Below are positions 7,288 through 14,941 of a stretch of 57,315 bases of DNA, one piece after another. Source of the stretch: Verrucomicrobiales bacterium. GTDB lineage: Bacteria; Verrucomicrobiota; Verrucomicrobiia; Limisphaerales; UBA9464. The notes beneath the pieces are model-generated. The model was not told the origin of the DNA. It did not search any database and saw nothing but the letters and a program-made list of their open reading frames with translations. Numbering within the stretch: the stretch's first letter is position 1; every line of letters begins with the position of its first letter. The stretch covers positions 1 through 57,315 of the forward strand of contig SYMJ01000188.1 of the NCBI GenBank assembly GCA_005805505.1. Reading direction: 5' to 3'. The position numbers and the translations under genes are program-made.

Positions 7288-10200
7288 ATGATGACCCATT
7301 GGATGACGTGTTCTGTTGCCGCGCTGTTGTGGCTGCTTTCCACCGTGATGATGGAGGCTCAGACCCAGCAACTCATTCCGCGAGGAGATGTCTGGCGCTT
7401 AGCCAAAGGAACCGCCGAGGCCTCTTCTCCGGATGCGACCCAATGGCGCGTCAGCACCTTCAATGATGCCTCCTGGTCTGCGGCGAAACTTCCGGTCTTT
7501 TACGGCGAGGCGTTGACGGGCACCGAATTGACCGACATGCAGAACCGGTATTCCTCGGTGTTCCTGCGGCGCGCGTTCACGGTGGGTTCCCCGGCAGACG
7601 TTCGCAGTTTGATCCTGCGAGTGAAGGTGGATGATGGATTCATTGCCTGGATCAATGGTCGGGAGGTGGCCCGATTCGGCTCGCCCGAGGGGGAGTTCAA
7701 CTTCGCTTCGATGGCCTCGATTACGGCGACCGAGCCGGTGGATTTTGTGGAGTATGCGGTGGCCTTGCCGAAGGAGGTGCTCAAGGCGGGGAACAACGTG
7801 TTGGCCATTCAGGCCTTCAATGTGACGTTGGGTAGCAGTGACTTGGTTCTCGATGCGGAATTGGAGGGCGATTTGGATCAGCAGGCACCCCGCATTGCTC
7901 GGATCTTGCCGTCCGAGGGTGCTGTGGTGGCTCCCTTCACCTCGGTGGAGGTGCTCTTTGATGAACCCGTTCAGGGCGTGGACGCCGGCGATTTGAAGGT
8001 CAACGGTGTGGTGGCGCAGTCAGTGGTCGCCGTGGCCCCAGATCAATACCTCTTCAGCTTTCCTCAAGTTGGAGTGGGCACGGTGGGTTTCCAATTTATT
8101 CCCGGTCACGAAATCACGGACTTGTCTTCGGCGAGGCTTCCGTTCGCGGGTGCAGCCTGGTCGGTGACTGTCGAAGGCGGGAGCGAAGCCAAGGGCGTGC
8201 TCATTAATGAGTTCCTGGCAGTCAACAGTCGAGGGGTGCGCGATGAGGATGGAGACAATTCCGATTGGATCGAACTCTTCAACAGCGGCACATCGCTGGC
8301 CTCACTCCAAGGATGGTTGTTGGTAGCCGGGACCGACCGTTGGGTCTTTCCATCGCTCTTCCTGGCTCCCAACGGGCGACTGCGGGTGTTCGCCTCGGGC
8401 AAGAACCGCACGAACGACACGGCCCGTCTGCACACCTCGTTCCGACTCAGTTCCGCGGGCGAACGCTTGGCTCTGCTCAATGCGCAAGGCGTGGTCCAGG
8501 ACGAATACTCCCCGGCCTATCCGCCTCAGCGGGCCGACGTTTCTTATGGCCACGCCGAGGGGGCCCCGAACCGCAGCGGATACTTTGTGGTTCCCACCCC
8601 AGGCGCGCCGAATGGAGCCAAGGGCGATGGTTTCGCGCCCGAGATCGTGTTCTCGGTTTCCAGCGGCACCTACTCCGGCACATTGGAACTGGGGCTGAGT
8701 TTGAGTGCGGCGACCAATGCCCCGGTACCCATTGGGACAGTGATCCGCTACACGGTTGATGGGTCTACGCCCACCGAATCCTCGGCCGTGTACTCCACTC
8801 CCTTGAGGTTCATTAACTTGGCGGTCCAAGTGCGGGCGCGTGCGTTCTCCGGCGGCTTGCTGCCAGGAGAGCTCCGAGGGGAGACATTCCTCCCACTCTC
8901 ATCGACGGTGGTTAATTTTCGTTCGGACTTGCCGGTGATGCTCATCCATGATTTTGGTCGGGGCCGGCCTCCGGCCAATACTCGAGTCTTCGCTCACATG
9001 CAGCTCTTCGAGCCTGATACGAACGGGGTGACTCGGCTCACCAGTGCACCGACCTTGGCCACACGGGCCGGCATTTCCGTTCGGGGCTCCAGCACCGAAG
9101 GCATTGCCAAGGCCAGCTACCGATTGGAGTTCCGCGACGAGTGGGACAACGACCGCCCGCTGTCACCCTTGGGAATGCCCGCCGACGGCGACTGGGTGAT
9201 GTACGCTCCGAACAGCTTCGAGCCGGTACTCATTCACAATCCGTTCATGCACCAACTGAGCCGGGACATCGGGCGCTACTCGCCGAATACCCGCTTTGTG
9301 GAGGTCTATTTTGTGGGCTCAGGCACCGGGGCGATCGACTCGACCAGTTACGCAGGCATTTATGTGCTGATGGACCGGATCGAGGTGGGCAAGGACCGGG
9401 TCGATGCCGGGACGTTGGAGCCGGAGAACCTCACGCTGCCCTCGCTGTCCGGCGGTTACCTCATGAAGATCGACCGTTTGGACCCGGGAGATTCTGGGAT
9501 TTTCGCAGCCAATCAGTCGGTGGCCTTGGTTGATCCGAGGGAAGACCAACTCAAGCTCCCCGCCCGCGCCGCCCAGCTGAATTATATCCGCAACTACCTC
9601 ACGTCCTTCGGGAATGCCCTGTATGACAACAACCGGTTCACCAACCCCGTGACCGGATTTCGAGCGTACATCGATACCGGTTCCTGGGTGGATCATCACC
9701 TCCTGAACGTGCTGTCGTTCAACGTCGATGCCTTGAGGTTGAGTGCCTTTTTCTACAAGAAGCGCGAGGGGAAGATTCATTTCGGCCCGATCTGGGATTT
9801 CGATCGAACGCTCGGCTCCACCGATGGTCGGGACTCCAACCCGCGGGTATGGCGTTCCCAAAGCGGAGATCGCGGCACCGACTTCTTTAATTATCCCTGG
9901 TGGGACCGTGTGTTCCGCGACCCAGAGTTTTTCCAGGACTACATCGACCGCTATCAAGAATTGCGGACCGGTCATTTTGCCACCACCAACCTCTGGAGTC
10001 GGATCGACGATTTGGCCCGTCAGGTGCGAACCGCGCAACCTCGCGAGAAGAATCGATGGGGAGTTGCCCCTCGAGGAGGCAGTTATCAGGCGGAGGTCAA
10101 CTTGATGAAGGCGTGGATTTCGAATCGGACCGATTTCATGGATCGCCAATTCGTGTCTCCGCCCCGTTTGGCAAGTCCCTCGGGCCGAGTAGACTCTGGA

Positions 10201-11181
10201 TTCGGTGCGGAAATCATCGCGCCCACCGGCCTGAGCACCTCCGTCTATTACACGACCGACGGGTCCGATCCTCGATGGCCCGGTGGCCGAACCAATCCCG
10301 CGGCCCGTCGCTACATGGGCAGTCCCATCACTCTGGAGGCCAATGCCAAGCTGGTGGCCCGCTCGGTGAACCCTCTCCACTCTGCGCTGACGGGTGCAAA
10401 CAATCCGCCCTTGAAATCCACGTGGTCCGGTCCGGTGTCGGCCACTTATGTGGTGAAGCCCATCCCGCTGGTGGTGAGTGAAATCCACTTTCACCCTGAT
10501 GACGCTGGTGCTCCTGGAGACGCCGACAATTTGGAGTTCGTGGAACTTTGGAATCGGGGTGACAGCGCCCTGCCGTTGGCGGGCATGCGCCTCCGGGGTG
10601 GTATCGATTTTACCTGGTCGCTCACCAATGCGCCGACCTTGGCGCCCGGTGCCTATGGTGTTTTGGTTCGGAATTTGGCGCAGTTCTCCGTCGCCAACCT
10701 GACGGTGACTAACTTGATCGGTGAATACGGCTCTGATCAGTTGGCCAATGACGGGGAACGGTTGGCCCTCAGCGGTCCGCTCGACGAGCCGGTGTTCGAC
10801 TTCCGCTACGAGGCTTCGTGGGAACCGTTGGCAGACGGGGGAGGGTACTCGTTGGTGTTGGCAAATCCTCGAGCGCCGGGTGATCCAGCGTTGGCCGCAT
10901 CCTGGAAGCGCAGCGCCCAGTTGGGCGGATCGCCCGGCGTGCCGGACCCCAACACGGCCGAGGAGTCGGTGCGTGTGGTGGCCGAACGAGAGGCAACGGG
11001 TATTCGCATTCGCTTCGATGCGGTGGTGGGTTCTTCCCACCGCTTGGAGGAACGAGTTTCTCTCTCGGAGGGTGATTGGACTTCGCTGAACACGTGGCCC
11101 GCTGCCACGGCCCCCCGTGCCGAGGAGTTCCGTATTGAAATCTCAGGCACCACCCGGTTCTTTCGGGTGCGTCGCTTCTGA
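7288..11181 (+). CDS. Large secreted CotH-family protein with two lamin-tail domains and chitobiase/Fn3-associated-like modules
   Basis: Signal-like MMTHWMTCSVAALLWLL. LTD motifs are VLINEFLAVNS...DWIELFNSG and VVSEIHFHPDD...EFVELWNRG. The CotH-like core is YRLEFRD...VMYAP...IHN...YAGIYVLMDRIE...GGYLMKIDRLD. The modules are IRYTVDGSTPTESS and VYYTTDGSDP. Residues upstream of 7288 in the listed ORF overlap the ilvN start and look non-coding. Confidence 0.75.
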   Translation: MMTHWMTCSVAALLWLLSTVMMEAQTQQLIPRGDVWRLAKGTAEASSPDATQWRVSTFNDASWSAAKLPVFYGEALTGTELTDMQNRYSSVFLRRAFTVGSPADVRSLILRVKVDDGFIAWINGREVARFGSPEGEFNFASMASITATEPVDFVEYAVALPKEVLKAGNNVLAIQAFNVTLGSSDLVLDAELEGDLDQQAPRIARILPSEGAVVAPFTSVEVLFDEPVQGVDAGDLKVNGVVAQSVVAVAPDQYLFSFPQVGVGTVGFQFIPGHEITDLSSARLPFAGAAWSVTVEGGSEAKGVLINEFLAVNSRGVRDEDGDNSDWIELFNSGTSLASLQGWLLVAGTDRWVFPSLFLAPNGRLRVFASGKNRTNDTARLHTSFRLSSAGERLALLNAQGVVQDEYSPAYPPQRADVSYGHAEGAPNRSGYFVVPTPGAPNGAKGDGFAPEIVFSVSSGTYSGTLELGLSLSAATNAPVPIGTVIRYTVDGSTPTESSAVYSTPLRFINLAVQVRARAFSGGLLPGELRGETFLPLSSTVVNFRSDLPVMLIHDFGRGRPPANTRVFAHMQLFEPDTNGVTRLTSAPTLATRAGISVRGSSTEGIAKASYRLEFRDEWDNDRPLSPLGMPADGDWVMYAPNSFEPVLIHNPFMHQLSRDIGRYSPNTRFVEVYFVGSGTGAIDSTSYAGIYVLMDRIEVGKDRVDAGTLEPENLTLPSLSGGYLMKIDRLDPGDSGIFAANQSVALVDPREDQLKLPARAAQLNYIRNYLTSFGNALYDNNRFTNPVTGFRAYIDTGSWVDHHLLNVLSFNVDALRLSAFFYKKREGKIHFGPIWDFDRTLGSTDGRDSNPRVWRSQSGDRGTDFFNYPWWDRVFRDPEFFQDYIDRYQELRTGHFATTNLWSRIDDLARQVRTAQPREKNRWGVAPRGGSYQAEVNLMKAWISNRTDFMDRQFVSPPRLASPSGRVDSGFGAEIIAPTGLSTSVYYTTDGSDPRWPGGRTNPAARRYMGSPITLEANAKLVARSVNPLHSALTGANNPPLKSTWSGPVSATYVVKPIPLVVSEIHFHPDDAGAPGDADNLEFVELWNRGDSALPLAGMRLRGGIDFTWSLTNAPTLAPGAYGVLVRNLAQFSVANLTVTNLIGEYGSDQLANDGERLALSGPLDEPVFDFRYEASWEPLADGGGYSLVLANPRAPGDPALAASWKRSAQLGGSPGVPDPNTAEESVRVVAEREATGIRIRFDAVVGSSHRLEERVSLSEGDWTSLNTWPAATAPRAEEFRIEISGTTRFFRVRRF

Positions 11182-11282
11182 CCCGATTCGGCTGATTGGG
11201 GCGATTCAGGCAATTAGGATCGAAGTGCGATCGGTTCGAGAATCGGGTTTCCTTCCGGGGTTTGCGGGTTTGAAGTGTCGGC

Positions 11283-11837
11283 ATGAACCGAGTGTTGGTG
11301 CTTTTCGATTCGTTGTCGGGCAACACCGCCAAAATGGCGGAACTGGTGGCCGAGGGGGCCCGGATGGTGCCCGACACCGAAGCGCGGGTGCGCTCCATCG
11401 CCGAGGCCACGGCCGACGATGTCCTGTGGTGTGACGGTCTCGCGCTGGGTAGCCCCACGAACATGGGCATTCTGTCGTGGCGGATGAAGCGCTTCTGGGA
11501 CGAGGTCATGGGCCCGCATTGGATGAAGGTGGACGGCAAGATTGGCTGCGCCTTCAGCACCGCCGGCGGATGGGGCGGTGGGATGGAACTGGCCTGTCAG
11601 AGCTTGCTCACCGTGTTGATGAACTTCGGGTTCCTCGTGTTCGGCGTCACCGATTACGCCACCCCTCTGCACACGCCGCACTATGGGGCCGTCGTGGTCA
11701 AAGAGCCCCGGGGCGAGGACGCTGAAGGAGTGTGCCGACTTCTGGGCCGCCGTTTGGCCGAGTGGACGGCCGTCCACGTCCATGGTCGCAAAGAGTTGCA
11801 TCCCTTGCAGAATCCGGATCGCCGCCCGCCAGGATGA
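11283..11837 (+). CDS. Flavodoxin-fold / WrbA-like NAD(P)H-dependent oxidoreductase
   Basis: Motifs: VLVLFDSLSGNTAKMAE, GSPTNMG, FSTAGGWGGG. Confidence 0.7.
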   Translation: MNRVLVLFDSLSGNTAKMAELVAEGARMVPDTEARVRSIAEATADDVLWCDGLALGSPTNMGILSWRMKRFWDEVMGPHWMKVDGKIGCAFSTAGGWGGGMELACQSLLTVLMNFGFLVFGVTDYATPLHTPHYGAVVVKEPRGEDAEGVCRLLGRRLAEWTAVHVHGRKELHPLQNPDRRPPG

Positions 11838-11882
11838 GGAGGTGCAGCGGGTCTTATTGACCGATAAGCCTACCTCTCTTTT

Positions 11883-11912
11883 TTAACCCAACGCGCCTTA
11901 ACCCAACGCGCC
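11883..11912 (+). repeat. Perfect tandem duplication of the 15-mer ttaacccaacgcgcc
   Basis: The two copies are read directly at 11883-11897 and 11898-11912. Confidence 0.9.
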
Positions 11913-12096
11913 ACGATGAACTTTTTCCGAAGAATCCGCCTTCTATGGATCCTCGTTGTGCTGTTGTCGCCAACCCGGTGAGAGGGCTCCCCGATGGAAG
12001 CCGGAGCAGATTGCGCTTGAAGGGCCTTCCGTGGACCCGCAGAAACGTCGTGCCGGCGGCGGCCCAAGCGGTTGAATTTGCCCGGTGCACCCAATC

Positions 12097-13593
12097 ATGT
12101 TGAATGCCTTTGTCCGTGGACTGTTGGTGGGCCTCCTGCCGTTGGCGGGCTCCGTCGCTTTGGTGGCCGGCTCTTTGCCGGATGCCGCAACTCGCCTGCC
12201 GGTAATCCGCCGTCAGCCAATTAGTCAAGGGGCCTACGCCGGAGATACGGTGACCCTTTCGGTGGACGCCGTACCGTCCTCCTTAGATGCGTCCGCGGTC
12301 CTGACTTACCAGTGGTTGGCTGGTACCAACCGGACTCCCATCGCCGCGGGAGCCTACAATTCGACGAGCGCGACCTTGCCTCAGTTGGTCCTGACCAATG
12401 TCGCTACCGCTTACAGTGGTTTGTTCCGGGTTGCCGTGTCTTCGGGAACCAACACGGTGGTGAGCGAACCTGCCACTGTGTCGGTGGTAGTCGGGGTGGC
12501 GTCACGGCTTCGGTTGGCCACGGTCTCGGTCAGCACGAACGCTGCTTCTGGATTGGAACGTCAATTTTCGTTCCCGGTGATTTTCTCGGTGATGGGACCA
12601 GATCGGGGTGTCGGAGCGACATGGACCTTCGACCCCACGGTGGTTCGGAATTTGGTCTTCGTCCCCAGTGCCGATGCACCGACCAACACCACGGTTCGTA
12701 CCTCGTTGGAGATTGGCCGATTCTCTTTTGCGTACACCCTGACCAATGACGCCTCCGTCGGGTTCTCAATGGATCAGCAAATGGGTCAACTGGTTCTGAC
12801 TACATCCACCAATCGCGACCCAGCCCAGGCGTTGGCGGCTGCCCAGTTGGTGCCGGTTGAAGCAAATAGTGCGACCAACATCGCTCGCCCGTTCCTGCCT
12901 TTGCCTAGCGGCAGTGACCGAGTTCTGGGAACTAATCTGGCCGACCTAGTCACCTTTCCCCTGAACATCCTCATGACGCCGCAGGTGATTCCGCACGGAT
13001 CGGTCACTCTCAATCGACAGACGGGTTATTTCGAGCAGGCGGCTCAGGTGGTCAACCTACGTCCGGATGCCCTCGCGGACGTCTTGCTCATCGTCACCGG
13101 GTTGACCAATGACACCCGTGGGGTGCCCGTCTCGCTGGCCAGTTCGGTGGGACCAGTGGGCACTCCGCCCAGTCCTTCGGTATTTGTGGGGCCCATGGAC
13201 GCGTTCGCCGTCCGCCGGTTGACCTTTGAGTTCTACGCATCCGATGGCCGACCCAACAGCATCGGAACGCCTGGATATGTGAGCGAATTCGCCTTGAACA
13301 GCACCATTCAGACCCCGATCGGTCGGCGCAGTCTGGTCCCGGTGACTTACAAGCCGGTTCTCTCCGGCGGTGTCCTGCTGGAGTTCCCAACCCTCACCAA
13401 CTTCAGCTACTATATCCGCTACTCGGATTCGCTGAATGATTTCAGCGCGCAGGATAACACCAACTCGGTCATCCGAACCGCCCGCCCGGCATTTTTGGGC
13501 AATGGTCGGAAAGTACAGTGGCTCGACAACGGGTCGCCCCGGACGGAAAATACTCCGACCAACCGCTTCTACCGAGTCCTTGAATTCCGCTGA
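12097..13593 (+). CDS. Secreted hypothetical protein with N-terminal Ig-like (I-set-like) domain
   Basis: Signal-like MLNAFVRGLLVGLLPLAGSVALVAG. The Ig-like pattern is QPISQGAYAGDTVTLSV...LTYQWL...LVLTNV...YSGLFRVAV...SEPATVSVV. The rest has no motif I recognise. It ends ...NRFYRVLEFR. Confidence 0.55.
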   Translation: MLNAFVRGLLVGLLPLAGSVALVAGSLPDAATRLPVIRRQPISQGAYAGDTVTLSVDAVPSSLDASAVLTYQWLAGTNRTPIAAGAYNSTSATLPQLVLTNVATAYSGLFRVAVSSGTNTVVSEPATVSVVVGVASRLRLATVSVSTNAASGLERQFSFPVIFSVMGPDRGVGATWTFDPTVVRNLVFVPSADAPTNTTVRTSLEIGRFSFAYTLTNDASVGFSMDQQMGQLVLTTSTNRDPAQALAAAQLVPVEANSATNIARPFLPLPSGSDRVLGTNLADLVTFPLNILMTPQVIPHGSVTLNRQTGYFEQAAQVVNLRPDALADVLLIVTGLTNDTRGVPVSLASSVGPVGTPPSPSVFVGPMDAFAVRRLTFEFYASDGRPNSIGTPGYVSEFALNSTIQTPIGRRSLVPVTYKPVLSGGVLLEFPTLTNFSYYIRYSDSLNDFSAQDNTNSVIRTARPAFLGNGRKVQWLDNGSPRTENTPTNRFYRVLEFR

Positions 13594-13638
13594 AATTCAG
13601 TCCCTCCTTCGCCCCTCTTGACGTCGACTTTTACCGCC

Positions 13639-14730
13639 ATGAGTCCTTCGATTCAACGCACCGCCCTCCTGCTCCTCGCCACCAGTGCCGCCTTGTCTGC
13701 CCGCGCTCAGAATGAGGATGGTCCCGAGCCCTTGGGCATCCGTTTCCGCTTAGCGGGTCGGGTGCAGTTCAACCTCAAAGCCTCGTTCACCGATACTCAG
13801 GTGCCCCTGTCGGGTGCGGCCGGGCAATTCGCCGATGGTTATGTGCTGTTGGGATCGAACACCTCCACCTCGACCAATGCCGGTGTGGTGACCGCCAATC
13901 CGGGATCCGCGACCTGGAATTGGGGTTATCAACGCGCCGATCAGGTTGCTGGAAATGAACTCACGCTGACTCGATTCGATCAGGTGCCGCGGGTGGGGAC
14001 GTTGGATGGCAGTGGGGGCAGCACCGCCTATGGAGGTGAGTTATGGGCGATGTACGAACTGTACAGTTTCCGGTCCTTCAAGAAGCGGACCGGTCATTGG
14101 GGCGTCGAGGCAGGCTATGGTTTCACCACCTTCGACGCGTCGGCCTCTGGATCGGTCTCCGGCACGGCCACCCGTCGCCAGTCGGTGTACTCATTGGGCG
14201 GCATCGTTCCCCCGTCTGCGGGATATCAGGGCGGATATTTTGGACCGGTCCCTGGCGGGCCCGTTGCTCCAGTCGTGGACTTTGATCCCGTGCGGTCTTC
14301 CGCGGTGCAAGCCGTCGGCATCAACTCGTTGAATGCGGCTGTCTCGACCGACTTGCATACGGCCAAGTTCGGCCCTTGGGTCGAATTGCCGGTGACTGAC
14401 CGGTTGACGGTGGGTCTGGGAGCCGGCTTCTGCACCGTTTATGCACAGGCCGACTTGCGCTTCAGCGAGTCCACTACTTTCACGGGAAACCCGGCAGAGT
14501 TTGGTGTTGCGACTCAGAACCTGACGGTCAGCGCCTCGCGCGCCGACTGGCGTTCGGGATTCTATGCCCGGGCCTTGGTGGATTTCGCCATCACCCCGAG
14601 CTGGTCGGTCTTCGCTGGCGGCGACATTCAGTCGAATTCGGACCTGAACTTTTCGACGCAAGGCCGCGGTACCAGCATTCAACTGGGCTCTGTGTTCGGG
14701 GCCATGGCAGGCGTTCAGTTCAAGTTCTGA
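13639..14730 (+). CDS. Putative outer-membrane beta-barrel protein
   Basis: Signal peptide MSPSIQRTALLLLATSAALSARAQ. Gly/Ser/Thr/aromatic-rich alternating segments are present. The C-terminus is ...AGVQFKF, with the terminal Phe typical of OMPs. Confidence 0.55.
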   Translation: MSPSIQRTALLLLATSAALSARAQNEDGPEPLGIRFRLAGRVQFNLKASFTDTQVPLSGAAGQFADGYVLLGSNTSTSTNAGVVTANPGSATWNWGYQRADQVAGNELTLTRFDQVPRVGTLDGSGGSTAYGGELWAMYELYSFRSFKKRTGHWGVEAGYGFTTFDASASGSVSGTATRRQSVYSLGGIVPPSAGYQGGYFGPVPGGPVAPVVDFDPVRSSAVQAVGINSLNAAVSTDLHTAKFGPWVELPVTDRLTVGLGAGFCTVYAQADLRFSESTTFTGNPAEFGVATQNLTVSASRADWRSGFYARALVDFAITPSWSVFAGGDIQSNSDLNFSTQGRGTSIQLGSVFGAMAGVQFKF

Positions 14731-14941
14731 ACGGGGTCGGGTCTGAACGCCCGTCGAGCCCTTCGAGCAGGCCGGGCCGAGGATCGTTGTTAGCTCCTCG
14801 GTGACTTGGGGCTTTGGCCTCCGCGTGGAGGCCCCCCGTGCGGAGGCCCTGTCTATACCTCGCTCACTTCGGGTGCCGATTCCTCGGGTGCCGATCTTAA
14901 AGTCTTGGCTGCCCGTTGTTTCTGCCCTCCAGGCGAGGCCG

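Noticed and set aside
9319-11040. A 573-aa ORF antisense to the CotH gene. Similar long antisense ORFs occur at 15329-16576, 18162-18989, 19113-19949, 30255-31388, 31819-32676, 38291-39115 and 52817-53524.
   Set aside because: They are Arg/Gly/Pro-rich, have no recognisable motifs, and each lies opposite a gene with strong family signatures. They are typical shadow ORFs of high-GC DNA.
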